Positions 25,816 to 41,008 are shown, counted from the first letter of the stretch. The stretch is DNA of 64,000 bases from Chrysomallon squamiferum (GCA_012295275.1 CM022668.1:14260001-14324000), one strand, 5' to 3'. Notes: generated by a model from the sequence alone, not told the origin. Numbers and translations are program-made.

Positions 25816-28333
25816 AGCACACACACACACACGTTCATAAACATGCACATGCATGCACACATGCGCACACACACACACAATACACATACACAACATACAT
25901 AACCACAAATACACACACAATACAGATAACTCACACAGACATTATACATACAATAATAAATTTAACAGTAAGCATGTAATTCTCATATATGCATATTCAG
26001 AACTGGCACATGGCAGTGTAACATGTTTATTTCTGTTGGTGATTTATTTTGACATTTTTTTTACTTTGTCTAGCATTTATTTATGTGTTTTGTTTTATAA
26101 TTGTTTCACTTCAGTAAACACATAAACTATTAGGTACACACACATGAACTGAAAGGTACAAGTACGCCAACAACTTGTTCCCAATTTGTCGTAGGTTCAA
26201 CATAAACGTACTGTATGACACAGAGATAACAGAAAATATGATGCCAAGGTCCAAAATCTACACAGAAATGAAATACAATTTGATGTGTTTTTCTTCTTCG
26301 AAAGGTCTAAGGGTATCTGCTTGGAAAGCAATAACTATGATTTTAATTCCCTTATTTTAAACAAGAGCAAAATTTCATTGTAACTACAAAGGAATGTCAG
26401 TTACAACTACAATGGAATTTCTTCGGTTTAAACATACAAGAGATAATTATTTTTAGAAAATTTAAAACGTTTATAAAGTTTAAAAACTTCAGGATTTCAG
26501 TGAGCTGAATCTATAATGAAAAGTTTAATTTCATCATTTACTTATTTTTTTCTAAATAAAATTGATTTTTAAATTATAAACTGTAACAAATTCCAACAAC
26601 TTGAATCCAAAAAGGTGAAATATATGACTTTTTTCAATGATTTGTTTTTTTCAGTTCTTGTTCATCTAATTTTACTGTATTAAATACTTTTAAAATGACA
26701 GATGTAGTGCAGTTTTAACAACTCCTACAAATGAATAAATGATTATTTAACAAATAAATAAACATGATAATGAAAGAAAGAACATACAGCAACAGTTTTA
26801 TTAATTAGCAGTATGGTATATTTAATGTGCACCTTCCTACAAACAGGAAAAAAGGCATTAACCATGCATTTGATGCCATTCACTTTATATTGGAATGAAA
26901 TATTACTTGCTTCCATTGTACACCAATAGTTATTATACAAATGTAGGATTAATTACTCAAGCTGCAGAAACAACAATAAGTGAGCAGTACTTTAAGAGAT
27001 TATCTTTCTTAGTCAAGCAGTTAATAGTAATGAAATTCAAGAAGAAGAATTTTATTATTGTCTTAGCAAGCATTTGGTTGGTATAATATATTTGCATGTG
27101 TGCCTGCATGCACATATCTGTGCGTGTATGTATGTGTGTGTGTATTTGTGTGTATCCAAGTAACAAAATCAAAATAATAGCTAACAATCCTTTCCTTAAC
27201 ATACTTAACATTCTTCACAGGTAAGAACAGTGATATTAAAAGATTATTACACCAGAAGAAGGGTTATTTTGTGTTAGTGATAAATAACTAATAAGTACAG
27301 TAAAGTTACAAATATAGCAGCAACAGCTTTGAAATCATTTCATTAGAATAACTGTTATTCTTTGCCAGGCAATTATATGCATTTTTTTTTTTTTTTTTTC
27401 AGGATCATCACAATAGAAGAATTATTTTGTAATGAAATAATAAATATTTAAAGTGTATTGTGGTCGCTTGCAATCCCTTCCTTAACGTACCTGTACATTT
27501 TTTGTTATTATTATTATTTTTTTAACATGCAATCAAAAAACGTAACAGGCAAAGGCTGAAGTTTCAAATAAAACAACAGTATATTAATTTTATTCACTTC
27601 AGTAAGCATGACAGATAACAATTGCTGTTTCAAATCATGGCAGACTTCATTTGAATCAGCAGAAACATTAATTGTAAGCACTTCATCAACCGTAACACTT
27701 TAACAGACAAGGTATAAACTACTGCAACTCAAGTTTCTTTTGTTTCTGTGGACTGCAATAAAAGTCGGTTTTATGGATTCAGAAAATTCATTTGATGATA
27801 ATTATTTGTTTGTGTCAATACAGAGTAAAAGATAAATCAGATATATGGATGGATAGATAATCAGATATTTGGAGAAATGGACAGATGGTTAGATGGATGG
27901 TTAGATGGATGGTTAGATAAAATGGAAAGAGGAAAAAAAAATATGATGAGAGAGATGGAAAGAAGCGTGAGGGAGGGAGAAACGGTGATTATGGAAGAAA
28001 GAAAGAAAAAGAAAGAAAGACAGAATGAATGAAGGAATGAAAAAAGAAAAGTTAATTTAGGGTCAGAGGGGGAGAAACAGAACAAAATAAAATGAACTGT
28101 ACAAAGAGAGAAATTTCAAGTACAAGAAGTGTTGAGGAAACTGCCTGACTTCATTAACTGTTTGTGTGACCACCGAGTGTAGCTGTTGCCACAGTCAGCT
28201 GTTGTTGGTATCGAGTAACACTAGAACAAAGGAAGGAAACTCTCACTGGCAAATATTCATTTCACAAGTCAGTTCTGTTACAAACACCACCAAATCTATT
28301 TCTGTGTCGCTTCGTTTTTGCACAACTTCTTAC

Positions 28334-28340
28334 TTGTCAT
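28334..28340 (-). CDS. Candidate alternative first coding exon end of the SPATS2-like gene (MT/K)
   Basis: AAAATGACAA|gtaaga, phase 1 and in frame with exon 2; lies in a local CpG-retaining patch (~28160-28700). Confidence 0.4.
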
Positions 28341-29651
28341 TTTCGTACCAGTCGAATTTTATGCATTATTCAGTAGCCGTTTATTTAAAGAAGTTCTGTC
28401 GATATTCATCTTCAGAAGCATATTGTTTTACACACATCACGAGTCTATTTTTAAATTATTCCAAAGTGAGATAAACGTTTGACCTCTCATCTACCTGTAC
28501 TGCCCATTAAGTGACCATCACGATTTTAATTTACGTTTATCTGTAATAATCAGAACTGTGGTCACAATATACTGAGTTAGATATAACACCATCTTCAGCA
28601 CATGACTGTATAGTGATGTCCGAGTATATTATGTCCGATGTCCTGCTTGACATGAATAGGCTAACATAGGTTATATCGAATGCATATTTTTCATCTTTTG
28701 TTCAGTTAATAATATTTCAGCTTCATTCACTGTTCAGTGGTTACTGAAGTTTTTCTTTTGAGATATTAATTTTACAAAAACAATTCTTTTTTTCATCTGT
28801 TTCATTAAATCTACATTGTTAATTAGAGTCATGATATATAAAACAGGTTCTTATTGCAAGTTTGTATTAATTTCATAAATCACGTCAACTATGTGAGCCC
28901 ACAAATATGTGTATTAAGTCACATTTCTGAGTTACGGACATAATTATATTCCTTACAACCTGTACAAATATTCCTTACAAATTATTCAAATATTCATATG
29001 AGTTATGGAATTATTTACATTCCTTGTGATTCATGCAGATATTTATATTGCTTACAAGTTACGGAAATACTTATATTCGTATTGTAACATATGCCTTGTT
29101 GAATACTGAAAAACGACCTCAACTTCTTCAAAGTAAAAAAAAAAAAAAAATCATACATTAATCAGGACATTTTTTTTTAATTTTTAATTTTATTTTGGGT
29201 GATGACTTGGTGTGGTGATGATCAGAGAAAAAAAAATCATGAGTCAGTGAGATTTTTATGACATTAGTCTAGTCGTTATTGCTGCTTAAACTTCAATTTG
29301 ATATGACAGTCACATATTAAATGTTACAAGTCTAATGCATGTTATTCATCATGCACAGAAAATTTTCAAATACATTTTCACTTTTATCAAATATTTATCT
29401 GAGATTGATTCTGTTATTATTTGAAGTTTATAGCTGGCCAGCCAAACAGATTGTTTGTGAGATAAAGATAGGTTGCTAGGCAGATTCTTTTGTAACAAAA
29501 TATTTAAAATTTATAAACATAATATACACCTAAAAATTTTTTTTAAAAATCATAATATTAAGAAAATGAAAATTTATGTATAACATGAAAGAAGATGTTA
29601 AGAATTTGAGACTGGTAGAGAAAAACAACAACTCAAAAGCTGTGCAGAAAA

Positions 29652-29690
<39 letters not shown>

Positions 29691-31714
29691 ACAAACAAAT
29701 AAATAAATAATTAAATAAATAAAAGAAAAAGGAAAAGAAATTCTTACACAAACATTGATACTATAAAAAAATTTAATCCATCTTGAAAATGGAACAAAAA
29801 CATGAACATGATCCAAATAATTTTAACCAATCAATAAAGTATCTCAATATAATAATACTAAGAAACAAAGAAAAAAAAAAACTTATTTCATAAGACAAAA
29901 ACATGACCAATCTGTACATACAGATACTACAAGAATTGTTTTGAAAACAGTAAAAAAAAAATAATTATACTAAAGAACCGTACAGTATAAATCAGTGTAA
30001 ATGAATGAATGAAACAGAAAACAGAAATAAAACAAAAACTATGTAAACTATGAAATGTTTGGTGTACAAAGTGCAGTAATGTCACAAATAAACCACAAAC
30101 AATAAAAAAACAAGAAACAAACATGAATTTTCTATGGGTTTATAAAATTGTTTCTTTTTGTAAAAACAAATTGTATTTAGCTTTAATACAGTTCTTAAAC
30201 ATTTTTTTTTTTTTTTTTCTGTTACTTCACCAACAAGCCAGGACATTTTGTCTGTATGTCTGTTTCAGTGAATGAACATTTCACTGTCTGTACATCTTTC
30301 TCTTGTGCATATGTGTGTACAGATATATAAATGTTGAACAAATTGAACATCCATTAAACATTTTTTTTAATATTTTAAGTATTTTAAAAAAGAAAAAAAG
30401 AAGCATATATGATATAATGATATATGCTCAAAATATAGTAATAGGGTTTAATTATGTTTATAATGCACATATATATATATATATATATGACCACACATAC
30501 ACACAAAATAAACACAGATATGTATTTCTCATTCTTTCTCTTTGCGATCTTTCTGTTTTTGTTTGTTTTTCATTCTCTCTCTCTCTCTCTATCTCTCTGT
30601 GAGAATCTTTGAAACGTGATAAACAACAAAAAAAAACAAATAAAAAAACCTACATAAAATGCAATACTGCACTCTAATAATAGACTCATATACATAATAC
30701 ATAAGTATATTTTGATTTCACTTTGATCTCCATTTAGATAGACAACCACACCTAAAATACTCGCAAAGAGGCATTAAAACACATATTTTACAACTGATGG
30801 GTATCAGTTCCTTTTATTATATACACACAAATACATTTAGCAGTATAAACTGAGAATCTTCTAACCTTCATAAATATTAATAATTATTTATTTACATAGA
30901 CATAAAGCACAAATATACACACACACACACAAACACATGCATATGCAAACACATTCATTCTCTCTCTCTCTCTCACACACACACATTCCCACACACAGGC
31001 AACCCTCATTTTATTCCAGTGTGTTATATTCCTACAATAGTGATGTATATCAAACCAGTAAAAAGTGAAGCAGGTTGGGGGTCATCCCAAAAAAATATAT
31101 TAATTAAACCAACCATGTAAATGTAAAAATCTTACAAATAAAAATAAACATGAAATATTTATTTTCACATAAATTAACATAAAGTGACAAACAGCTTAAG
31201 AACAACGTGAGAAAACAGAGTAAAGTTTGTCAAGTTGTAAATTCAGAAATCTGTATCCAAAGACATGACATTTTCACAAGACCACTGTGTTACTCAACAG
31301 TGGAGCTGGGTGCCACCTAACTGTCACCAACCCGGTCACACCTTGATGAGGGTGGGGTAGGGCAAAGGGTGTCCATGATGAAGAAGGAGGATTATCAGTA
31401 GATACAGCGAGGAGGGACTTAAAAACATGGCTGCCTTGCTGAAGAAAAAATCAAGAGTCATTTATTTGTCGCACCTTTTTTTTTTTCTTTTTTTCTTTCT
31501 TTTTTCTTTTAGAATTTGATAATGAGGAGCTAATGCCTCATTTGACCTTCTCTTAACAAAGTCATTTTGTTCCCAGTCATTGTCAGTTTTGCAGCACTCT
31601 TCTGTTAGAGAATTAACACGTCTAACAAAAACTTTTTTTACTAAGGTAGAACAGGTCTTCCTAAGGTGTTCTGTCTAAGGTGTTGTAAACTTAACATTTG
31701 TAAAACAGGTACTG

Positions 31715-31762
<48 letters not shown>

Positions 31763-31851
31763 ATGTAACTAATTTTACATTAAACATTATTTGATTTTTA
31801 ACTGGATGATACAAAATAACAATAATAAAAAATAAGATGTAACACACACAC

Positions 31852-31892
<41 letters not shown>

Positions 31893-32105
31893 ATGAAATG
31901 ATGAGCAAGCCAGATATTAATAATGGTAGTTTGTAAACTGACAATGAATTTACACTCATTATGATAATAGAATATTAATAATTCATGAAGCATTAAATTG
32001 ATTTTAATACTCATTTTGTAATAGGATCTTTGTTTATTTTTTTGTATTCTACTTTTATTTTAAGCCATCCATTTCTAGTGATCCTATAAATAATCACTAA
32101 ATAAT

Positions 32106-32159
<54 letters not shown>

Positions 32160-34044
32160 AATAAAACCAGTCTGTCAAAGAGACATTAAGATGAAAAGAG
32201 AAATTCTGAAAATATGTTCTAATTTAACTTTTCGGTAAAACATTCTTCAAGCTTACAAATTTTCCCTTTTCTTTCCCCAACCACAATCTTTAACATCAGT
32301 TAACTCTTTCCTTTTTCGTTTTTAATTTTTTTTCCTTCTAACATGCACAATCTACTGAAGGCAAATGAAAAAGTGTGCACATAGCTAAAAAAAATTAAAT
32401 CAGATTAGCCTGCAGTCTGATGTACCACATTGTTGTGCACACCTTTTTAGTGCATTAAATGTAAACTTTTCTTTGTTGTCTTCACATAAATAATTCAAGT
32501 ATTCCGAGAAGAAATAGTCTGCTATTTTAGGATAAAGATGTCAGATGTAAGGATGCATATTTCATGTATCATGTGCAAAAAAAAAAAATCCAGGAGGTTG
32601 GGCTCAATTTTGATGAGCTGAGGTTAAAGCTGCCTGCCTGCAGCTCAATTTGCTCATTTTTTTAAAGAAAGTACAAAGAAAATGAATGAAAGAATTAATT
32701 TCTGAACAAATGAATTAATGTGTAAGTGAATAAAAATGTATTAATCAATAAATTAATAAAATGCATTATCGGACCAAATTTCAGAGACAATTGAAAAAAC
32801 TGAGCATAAAAAATGTATTTGCTAGACTTGAACAATTAAACAAATTAACGACTTCATTAACAAATTAATAAATGATTAGCTGTTGAACATGATCTTAGCA
32901 AATTTCACATTTGACATTTACCAAACTGGATGATAAAAAAAATAGTTAAATAGAACTAATAAGTAATAAGAAGTGCATCTCAAACTTCCAACTACTAGAC
33001 TTATCGATTAATTGAAAAAAAGATTTTCTCACAGACAACAAAACATTTAAATAGAAAACATCCCATCCAAGGTTTGATCCTTACTTGTATCCCAATATTT
33101 CAACCACTGAATTATACAATTCACCAAAACAACTGAAAATATATAGAAATCAAAGTACTTGGAAATCAAGTTGAAATATTTTCTATTTCAAAACGTCAAG
33201 GACTGGAATGGTATTTGACATATTTATGTACATGAAAGTCAGATGATTTTTATCCAGGCTATGGGTAGGTATATATGAACAATATCTGAAGCTGATCAAT
33301 AAATGGCTATATCTATGTATTAACAGCTAACAAAAACATTAATAATATAATTAGTTAATATTTTTTGTTAAATGGTCTAAAAAAACTAAAAAAACATTGT
33401 TTATACTTTCAAATTGTTATTGTGGACAGTTCTAACTTATTATTATTATTATACTGTTTAGGGTAATCTATTATCACAAGCAACAAAATATGGCAATAAA
33501 ATAATGCTAAGAAACATCAGAATATGGCTATACTGTTTCTGACAATGTTAGAACATTGGTAAAAGAAACTTTAAAGTAAATTAGCATGATGCTATATCAC
33601 AAACAAATGGAATGCCCAGGCATTTTGAACTGTACCTTTTCATACTTTATTATGAATTAAGACAGGAAGGCTCAAAAAATGAAAGAATGAAAATATTTAG
33701 TAAAAATAGACCACAATTATAGTAAAGCACAAATTATCTAAAGAAAAAAAAAAATTATATATATATATATATATATAAATATATATAATTATTTACCCTG
33801 AAATCTTTTATGCATCATGATCAAAAACCCTTTTTTGGTTTAATTTTCATCATTAACACCTTCATTTTTTTATTAACAATGTTTTGAAACTACCCATCAA
33901 ATTTTATACAGCTTTAACCCAACAATATATGATAATTACCAGTATAAAAATGTACTGCCACTGATCATTAGCAGCTTCATCCATCAGCAAACATAGCTTG
34001 AAACAACAACCGATGCCACTGCAACAGTTTACTCATTCACCTTC

Positions 34045-34430
34045 ATTGTTTTAAAACTACTACAACAACAACAACCAGCATTATTTTAAAAACACAACTT
34101 GTTACAAATCATAACATTTGCCAGCGTTGAAAACTATATTGTTGTAAACCTACTACAAAAACAATTTCTACAGTACATTATAGAATTAGAAAATTATATT
34201 GCTTTCAAAATATAGCATTGGAAATTATATTGTTTTAAAACTACTACAATAACAATAACCAGCATTATTTTAAAAACACAACTTGTTACAAATCATAACA
34301 TTTGCCAGCATTGAAAATTATGTTGTTGTAAACCTACTACAAAAACAATTTCTACAATGAAATTATAGAATTATAAAATTATATTGCTTTCAAAATACTA
34401 CAATAAAAAGAACCAGCATTATTTTGAAAC
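34045..34430. repeat. ~184-bp tandem duplication with degenerate copies downstream
   Basis: ttaaaactactacaa...ccagcattattttaaaaacacaacttgttacaaatc at 34051 and 34235. Confidence 0.85.
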
Positions 34431-34497
34431 TTTAATTTCCATGATTAATTATAACTTTTGCTGTCATTGAATATTCTGTTGTTTTAAATCTATTTAC

Positions 34498-34549
<52 letters not shown>

Positions 34550-35419
34550 TATATACTTGAACATTATTTTGTAAGAACAGGATTTCTAAGAAAATTTATT
34601 ATCACTGAATATCATACTAATTACAAAAAATAATTATCAAACATACTATAATAACAATAACATATCAGAAGAATAATGGTTTATTTTGAAACTATAACTT
34701 TGAAAATAATTTTTATATTTACAATCACTAAACATTGCACCTGTTTTAAACCTCTAAAATAATAACAAACCACACCAAACATTATTTTCTAGAAAAATTA
34801 TAAGATTTACCATCACTGAAGATTGTATTGCTTTGTTTCTAGTACTGAAGTTACATTCATTTTTTTATAATAAATTATAAAATATGCTGCCATTTAAAAC
34901 AGAAATGTACATATCTAAATAGCAGGACAGAAGTTTACAGCGAAATACATCACAACAACTTATAAAACTTAAACTTGAAGAGGTCATTATCTAAGAAATG
35001 CCAAAATTTACATTTGGAACATAAATCATTTTACTGTATCAAAGAATCAATGAATCTGAAACTGATGTTGTATAGTTGTTAACAAGTGATTTTTGACCCA
35101 GACAGTAATACTCTCTTGTTAAATTATTTGAATTTAGGGTAACAGTAAAAATGATTATATAACTACACTAATTAGATTGTAATATTTAACCGAGGAACCC
35201 CAAACATTAAAAAAAAACAGTTGTAATGGAATGCTGATAAAAATAAAGGTTAAAGACCATTGGCATAGGCTGTCATTACTGTAAAATGAGGTGCTGAAAA
35301 ATTAAAGGTTGCATTATAGAATCAACTGGACTCTGGACTGAATAGTCATTGATTCTGTGTAAAATTAACTAGTAAAACAAAAAAAAATCACCGAGTCAAA
35401 ATAGAAGGGACTTGGCAAT

Positions 35420-36180
35420 AACATTGAATCAGCCAGCAGAATGGTATGTTCTTGTAGCACAGTACTGAATCAGCAGGTAGACATTAGAATGGTTCAAAGA
35501 ATCAATGAGACAGCTGGTATAATAGAATCAATCAGATACATAAAATAATGGCATCAGCTGGTATAAAAAAATCAATCAGTTACATAAAATAATGGCATCA
35601 GCTGGTATCACAGAATCAAATAATCAGTAATACAACTGGTAGCATAAAATCAGTAAGTCTGAAATCAGCATGGTATCAGGATGGTATCAGATGGTATCAA
35701 AGAGTCAAGTTTCAGATGCTAATGGTATTAGTTTTTCACTTTTTGGTACTGAATCAATGAGTCAGACAACAAAATGGCATCAGCTGTTAAAACTGAATCA
35801 GTCTGAATGCAGAAACTCAAACTGTATTCCACTGAGTATACAAGCTGGACCAAATGCCTGAATGTCAACAGGTTATATGACAGAAGTAATAAACATATAC
35901 TAAATAGAACTAAAAAAAAAAAAAAAAAAAAATTAATAAACCATATGTATCTATCAGCTTGTAGAAAGTGATTTGTAAGTCAACCAGAATCTGGACTGGC
36001 ATCAATCTATGGAAAAGAATCTATAGATAGAAGCAGTCGGTGAGTAGAACTGAATCAGTTGAGTAGTATTGAATCAGTGAGTAGGACTGAATCAGACAGT
36101 AAATAGTATAGAATCAGTCAATAAGGAGACAGAATCAGTAAGAATCAGGTAATAAGTTCAAAAGAATCAGTAAGTAGAAC
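35420..36180. repeat. Degenerate GAATCA(G/A)-core tandem repeat region
   Basis: Many gaatcag/gaatcaa and catcagctggtat motifs at short spacing. Confidence 0.6.
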
Positions 36181-37065
36181 GGAATAACGCAATAAAAAGA
36201 GTAATTAAAAAAAACAGCAAGCACCTTTAACCTCAAATGAATTTAAAAACAAAATAATAATAATAATAATGACAATTTAAAAATTAAAAAGCTCACCTGT
36301 GAAAATATTTTAAAAAAAAAAAAGAAGATGTTCTTGAACTTTTCTGGCTTTTACAAAAACAGTAATGAGGGGTTTGTGGTGAGTTTATCAACTGGATAAG
36401 CGATCACTAGCTGCAAATGGTAACAGTAACTGGTAGAATAGTAGCAAGTTTTTTCTCTTAAATCATTATTTCAACATTAAAAAATCCAAAATATCTGATC
36501 CAGCACTGGATTAAAAACTGAGGAGCCAAAAAAATACACTAATAAAATATGTTATTAAGATTAATATTTATATACCCACACATTCTGCTGCAAATACTTT
36601 AAATATATTAAAAATAAATCATTAGTCACCACTGTGTGCAAAACTGTTTCAAAAATAAAATTAAATGTAATAGTTTTCAAATAAAAGATGATGTACGAGA
36701 TTACGTTTGCTAACACATTAATTTTCTTCCACAACTGGTTTAAATATTTAAGGTGCATGCGTTTGTGCATGCACAGTGTTCGTTTTAAGGTCAAATGAAA
36801 TTTAATTCCACCAGTTATTGATTCAGACATAAAAGAGATGAATTTCTGTGTTAATATTTATACTCAAGAAAAAAAATGCAAGACGATGGTAAAACTTCAA
36901 AACACAGCAAATTATAAAATATATTTAGAAAATTACTGTCAGCTATTTATCTATTATATTATTTGTTACTTGTGATTAAACTTTGCTAATAATAAAGTAT
37001 ATCTAGGAAAAAATATATATATATTTGTAAAGATTTAAACAGTTGGCACTCCTCTTCAGACTTTT

Positions 37066-37103
<38 letters not shown>

Positions 37104-39634
37104 CAAATGCTCATCTTCAGGCCTTACATCACCACATTAATACTTAACAAAATGGCCTTCCAAATTCATTGTTTCAAAACGCTTTTATTCTATGTGACAA
37201 ATATCACATTACACATTAGAGATAAAAAGTGTTATTTTTTAAATTTAATTGTCAGTTTTTCGATATTGAGACTGAAATATGTGATACACCTGTAAAATAA
37301 ATCGTATTTCATTGCCTCACTCTGTCTCATGAAAGATAATTTTAAAAAATTATTTTTTACTGCCACATAAAACACACATCTGCAGCTAAGTGGTAAAATA
37401 AGTTTAACAGTAGCTACAATAAATCCTCAATTCAATCAATTTCATTTTGAACAGGACCAAAATTTTGTTCAGAATAAACCTTTTAGGTCTGAAGTAAAAG
37501 TCTTGAATTCTCCTTGAACAGTTGGATGCCTTTAGATGTTTCACAGGTCTTGTAATGTACGTGTGATATGGGTTAACTGCAATACTAACTACTCACAATG
37601 TGAACAAGATATCATTTTATACTTACCTAGTTTCTCCGTTGCTATTTAGTAACTGCAACTGTTAACCAGTTAAACAGAATACTTAACACTCCAGTACTAA
37701 AATTATTAAAACTACCGTGCGTTGATATCAGTTTTAAAACATCAGTGATTTAACGGACTTTGGACTTAACTGTCAACAGGTGCATCTTCATCATGCCTGT
37801 CATTCTGCTAAATGAAAATCTCTTTAGTTGATGAAAAACACAACTAGTTTGAATAATAATCATCACTACATAGCATTCATTTGGAAGGCAGTTTCAGGCA
37901 AATATACAAAAATCATTATTTCTGTGCAAAAAAAAAAAAAGGAATGATGAGGTAGTTATCAATTCTGAAACACGTTTCTGTATTTAAATACTGTAAGAGT
38001 AAATCAAAAAACAAAATTAAGTTTAGCTCATTCATTTTGGACAGTTAGAAAAGAGGGAAATAATAATTAAAAAAATGATGGTCACAACAGCACTGCAAAA
38101 TCAAATTTAATGTCTTTAATCATTTATCTGATCAAACTGTTAACAACACTTTAAAAATAATTTGCACATGAAAAGATACATACATATGTGTGTCCTGCAG
38201 AATATAAGATTTACTATTTCACAAAAACAAGTGTGTTACTCAGTTATATTATTTTAATATGTGCAAAATTCAAACTGAGATGATGTTATTCATAACGATC
38301 AAATAATGAGTTAGCTCATTAAAATATTAAGCATCCGAAAGATACATTTGAAATCTTTAGCCGATTTCATGTCCAGTAAATCAATGTCTGTTTATCTGCT
38401 GCTAGACAATAAAGACTCATTTCTTTGTCTATAACAATCTCTGATGCATATTGTTGACTAAACTACTGATTTTTCAAGAAATATTTGGCATTTTATCTTT
38501 CCTACCCGTTAAAAGAGCCAAATTACCACATTACATCATAATCTGATTGGTGGGTTTAATCTCACAGAAAGTTTTACATGGAATGATTTATCTCAGTTTT
38601 AACACTCTGATTGTTAAGATAAAATCAAAACAACAAAGCAGTTTTGTCGAACAGGCTTCATAAAGTGAAAAAAAAAAAAAAAAAAAAAAAAAAGAATAAA
38701 AATAAAATAAAGTAGATACTGTGTGTGATTCTGATACTGTTACGGATTCAGGATTTACTGAGACCAGATAAAGTAGAATTTAACAACTGGGTAACTGAGG
38801 TAAACCGACACATAGCCTGTTTAATTGACAAAGCAGCCTGACAATCAACTCATTAAAGTCAAGTGGTAATCCAGAATTACCAGCTTAGGAGATTACTACA
38901 TTTTTACTCTACTCATTCCAGGTGACTTCTGTAAGCCTGGGACAACTTGGAATATTTGTGTCAGCTTCATTTCCCTCCAGTAGAAAAACACATGCAAGCA
39001 TGCACACACGCATACACTTCTTAATTCTTGTAACTGTACATCACAGCATTCCGTTGTATTGTAATATATTCAGGTATGCATGCCAGTGTTCATTATCTGA
39101 AATTATACACTAACTTGGATTTTGAAAGTTTTATGATTTTAAGAGGACAAGAATGCAGCAAATAAAGCGTGGTAAATCCCTCCAGAGCTCGTAGTTAATG
39201 TTAATCAGTACACAAACAGCATATATATCTATTATTTACTACATGTGCATGTAATAACAAATGTATACTACCTGTTGTACAACTGGTATCAGGATACAAT
39301 ACCAATTGATTATTTTTAGTTTAATACAGTGGGTATATTTGTAATGTGCAACTGCACTATTTGAGTGGGAAGAAAAAAAACACCAAACTGTCCATAATGA
39401 TGAAGTGTTTTAATCATTTCATTGTAGTAAAATGACACAAAAGATTTACAAGCTCACGCAACATGTACAGAACAGCAGGAGGTGTGATCAGAAAACAAAC
39501 AAGAACTATTTTTATCAGAGCCTAATTGTAATGCACATGCATGTTGTGACCTGTTGTTCACCTTTAATAAGTATTTGATTTTTTAATGTTTTTGCTACTC
39601 TAGAGATTACTTTGAGAGAAAGAGAGAGAGAGAG

Positions 39635-39667
<33 letters not shown>

Positions 39668-39909
39668 ATTTACTATACTTATAGAAATAAATCAGTTCAA
39701 ACCATATTCAACTAAATAAATATATGATTATTATCATACATTGCAATCATTTTATTTTCTTCTTTCATTCTAACAGTAATATTAGCTGTTTTAGCAACTA
39801 TAATCGAAAAAACTTAAAATGTATCACTGCTATAAAACAGTCCCAACATTCATAAAACCAATAATATTAATAATTTAATTTTTCGTGTGAAACAAATTTT
39901 AGAAGTACA

Positions 39910-40400
39910 AACATTCATAAGACCAATAACACCTGTGTTTTATATCTTCCGAAGAATAATTTTCAAAAGAATAATTGTTGGCCCAACATTTATAACTTAT
40001 TCCTGTATACTGTCACCAGACCAACATCTATTACTTATTTATGATACCATAAGACCAGCATTGGTAACTGATTTCTATAAACTTTCTTACTCATTTATAT
40101 ACTCTTATAAAACTGACATTTGTCATTTATTTCTGTACAAGACCAGTATTTACAGCCCTTCAGTATACTCTCATAAGATCAACATTTATGATTTATTTGT
40201 GAACAGTCTTGTAGCACCAGTATCAAATTCTGTAAATTACTTCTGTACAAAGATTTTAAAAATAAAAATAATAACCAACTTATTACTACTACATATTCTC
40301 GTAAGACCATTATTCATGACTTATTACTGCATACCCTCATAAGACCATTATTCATAACATTACTGTATACTCTCGTAAGATCAACAACCGTGGCTTATTT
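39910..40400. repeat. Degenerate ~39-bp minisatellite (taagaccagcatt...tatactctc)
   Basis: Recurrent taagacca/tatactctc motifs; explains the 151-aa ORF. Confidence 0.7.
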
Positions 40401-40964
40401 CAGCCATGAAACATTAGTCAAAAGCAGAATTAATTTGTTTTCTCAGACTAAAAGTACAAACAACTGCGTCACAACAACAACAACACTACACAAGGAATGA
40501 CAGCTTGCAATAATCCATAAGACAACAATATTAACATATGGCTCAGTCATGATTGTTCCGAACTTACTTCTGACCTCAGCTATTTCTTAGTTTCCATGTT
40601 AGAAGTGGATGCTAAATATTCCACAATGACATTTTTTTGGCAATTGTTATCATTTAATTAAATATTATAACGTGTTTCAGCAAACTATTATCAGTTAATT
40701 AAATACAGTAGAACACGTTTTAGTGAAGATTATCATTTGTTCAAAACGAGTCCTATGAAGATGTTATCATTTAATTGAATGGTATTTCAAAATGAATTTC
40801 AGGAAAACATCATTTAGTTAACCAATAATAAATCTAAAAATGTTCTAATTAGCCGGTAATAGGTTTTAATATTATCAAGTTTTGTTATTCAACAGTCTAA
40901 TAGTATTGAAGTCTAGAGATGCATATTGATGTTAAAGTGTGTTATATCACAAATCTTTTAAATG

Positions 40965-41008
<44 letters not shown>

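Noticed and set aside
31375-31442. ATGATGA...CTGA, C/D-box snoRNA-like
   Set aside because: Antisense to the host intron, no terminal stem and no recognisable rRNA guide.
38860-38900. Minus-strand TAATCTCCTAAGCTGGTAATTCTGG resembling the miR-216/283 family
   Set aside because: Three-nt insertion and altered seed relative to the recalled mature sequence; only a ~10-bp stem, so no pre-miRNA hairpin.
39887-40342. 151-aa plus-strand ORF in intron 1
   Set aside because: Arises from a degenerate ~39-bp minisatellite, has a non-ATG start and no recognisable domain.
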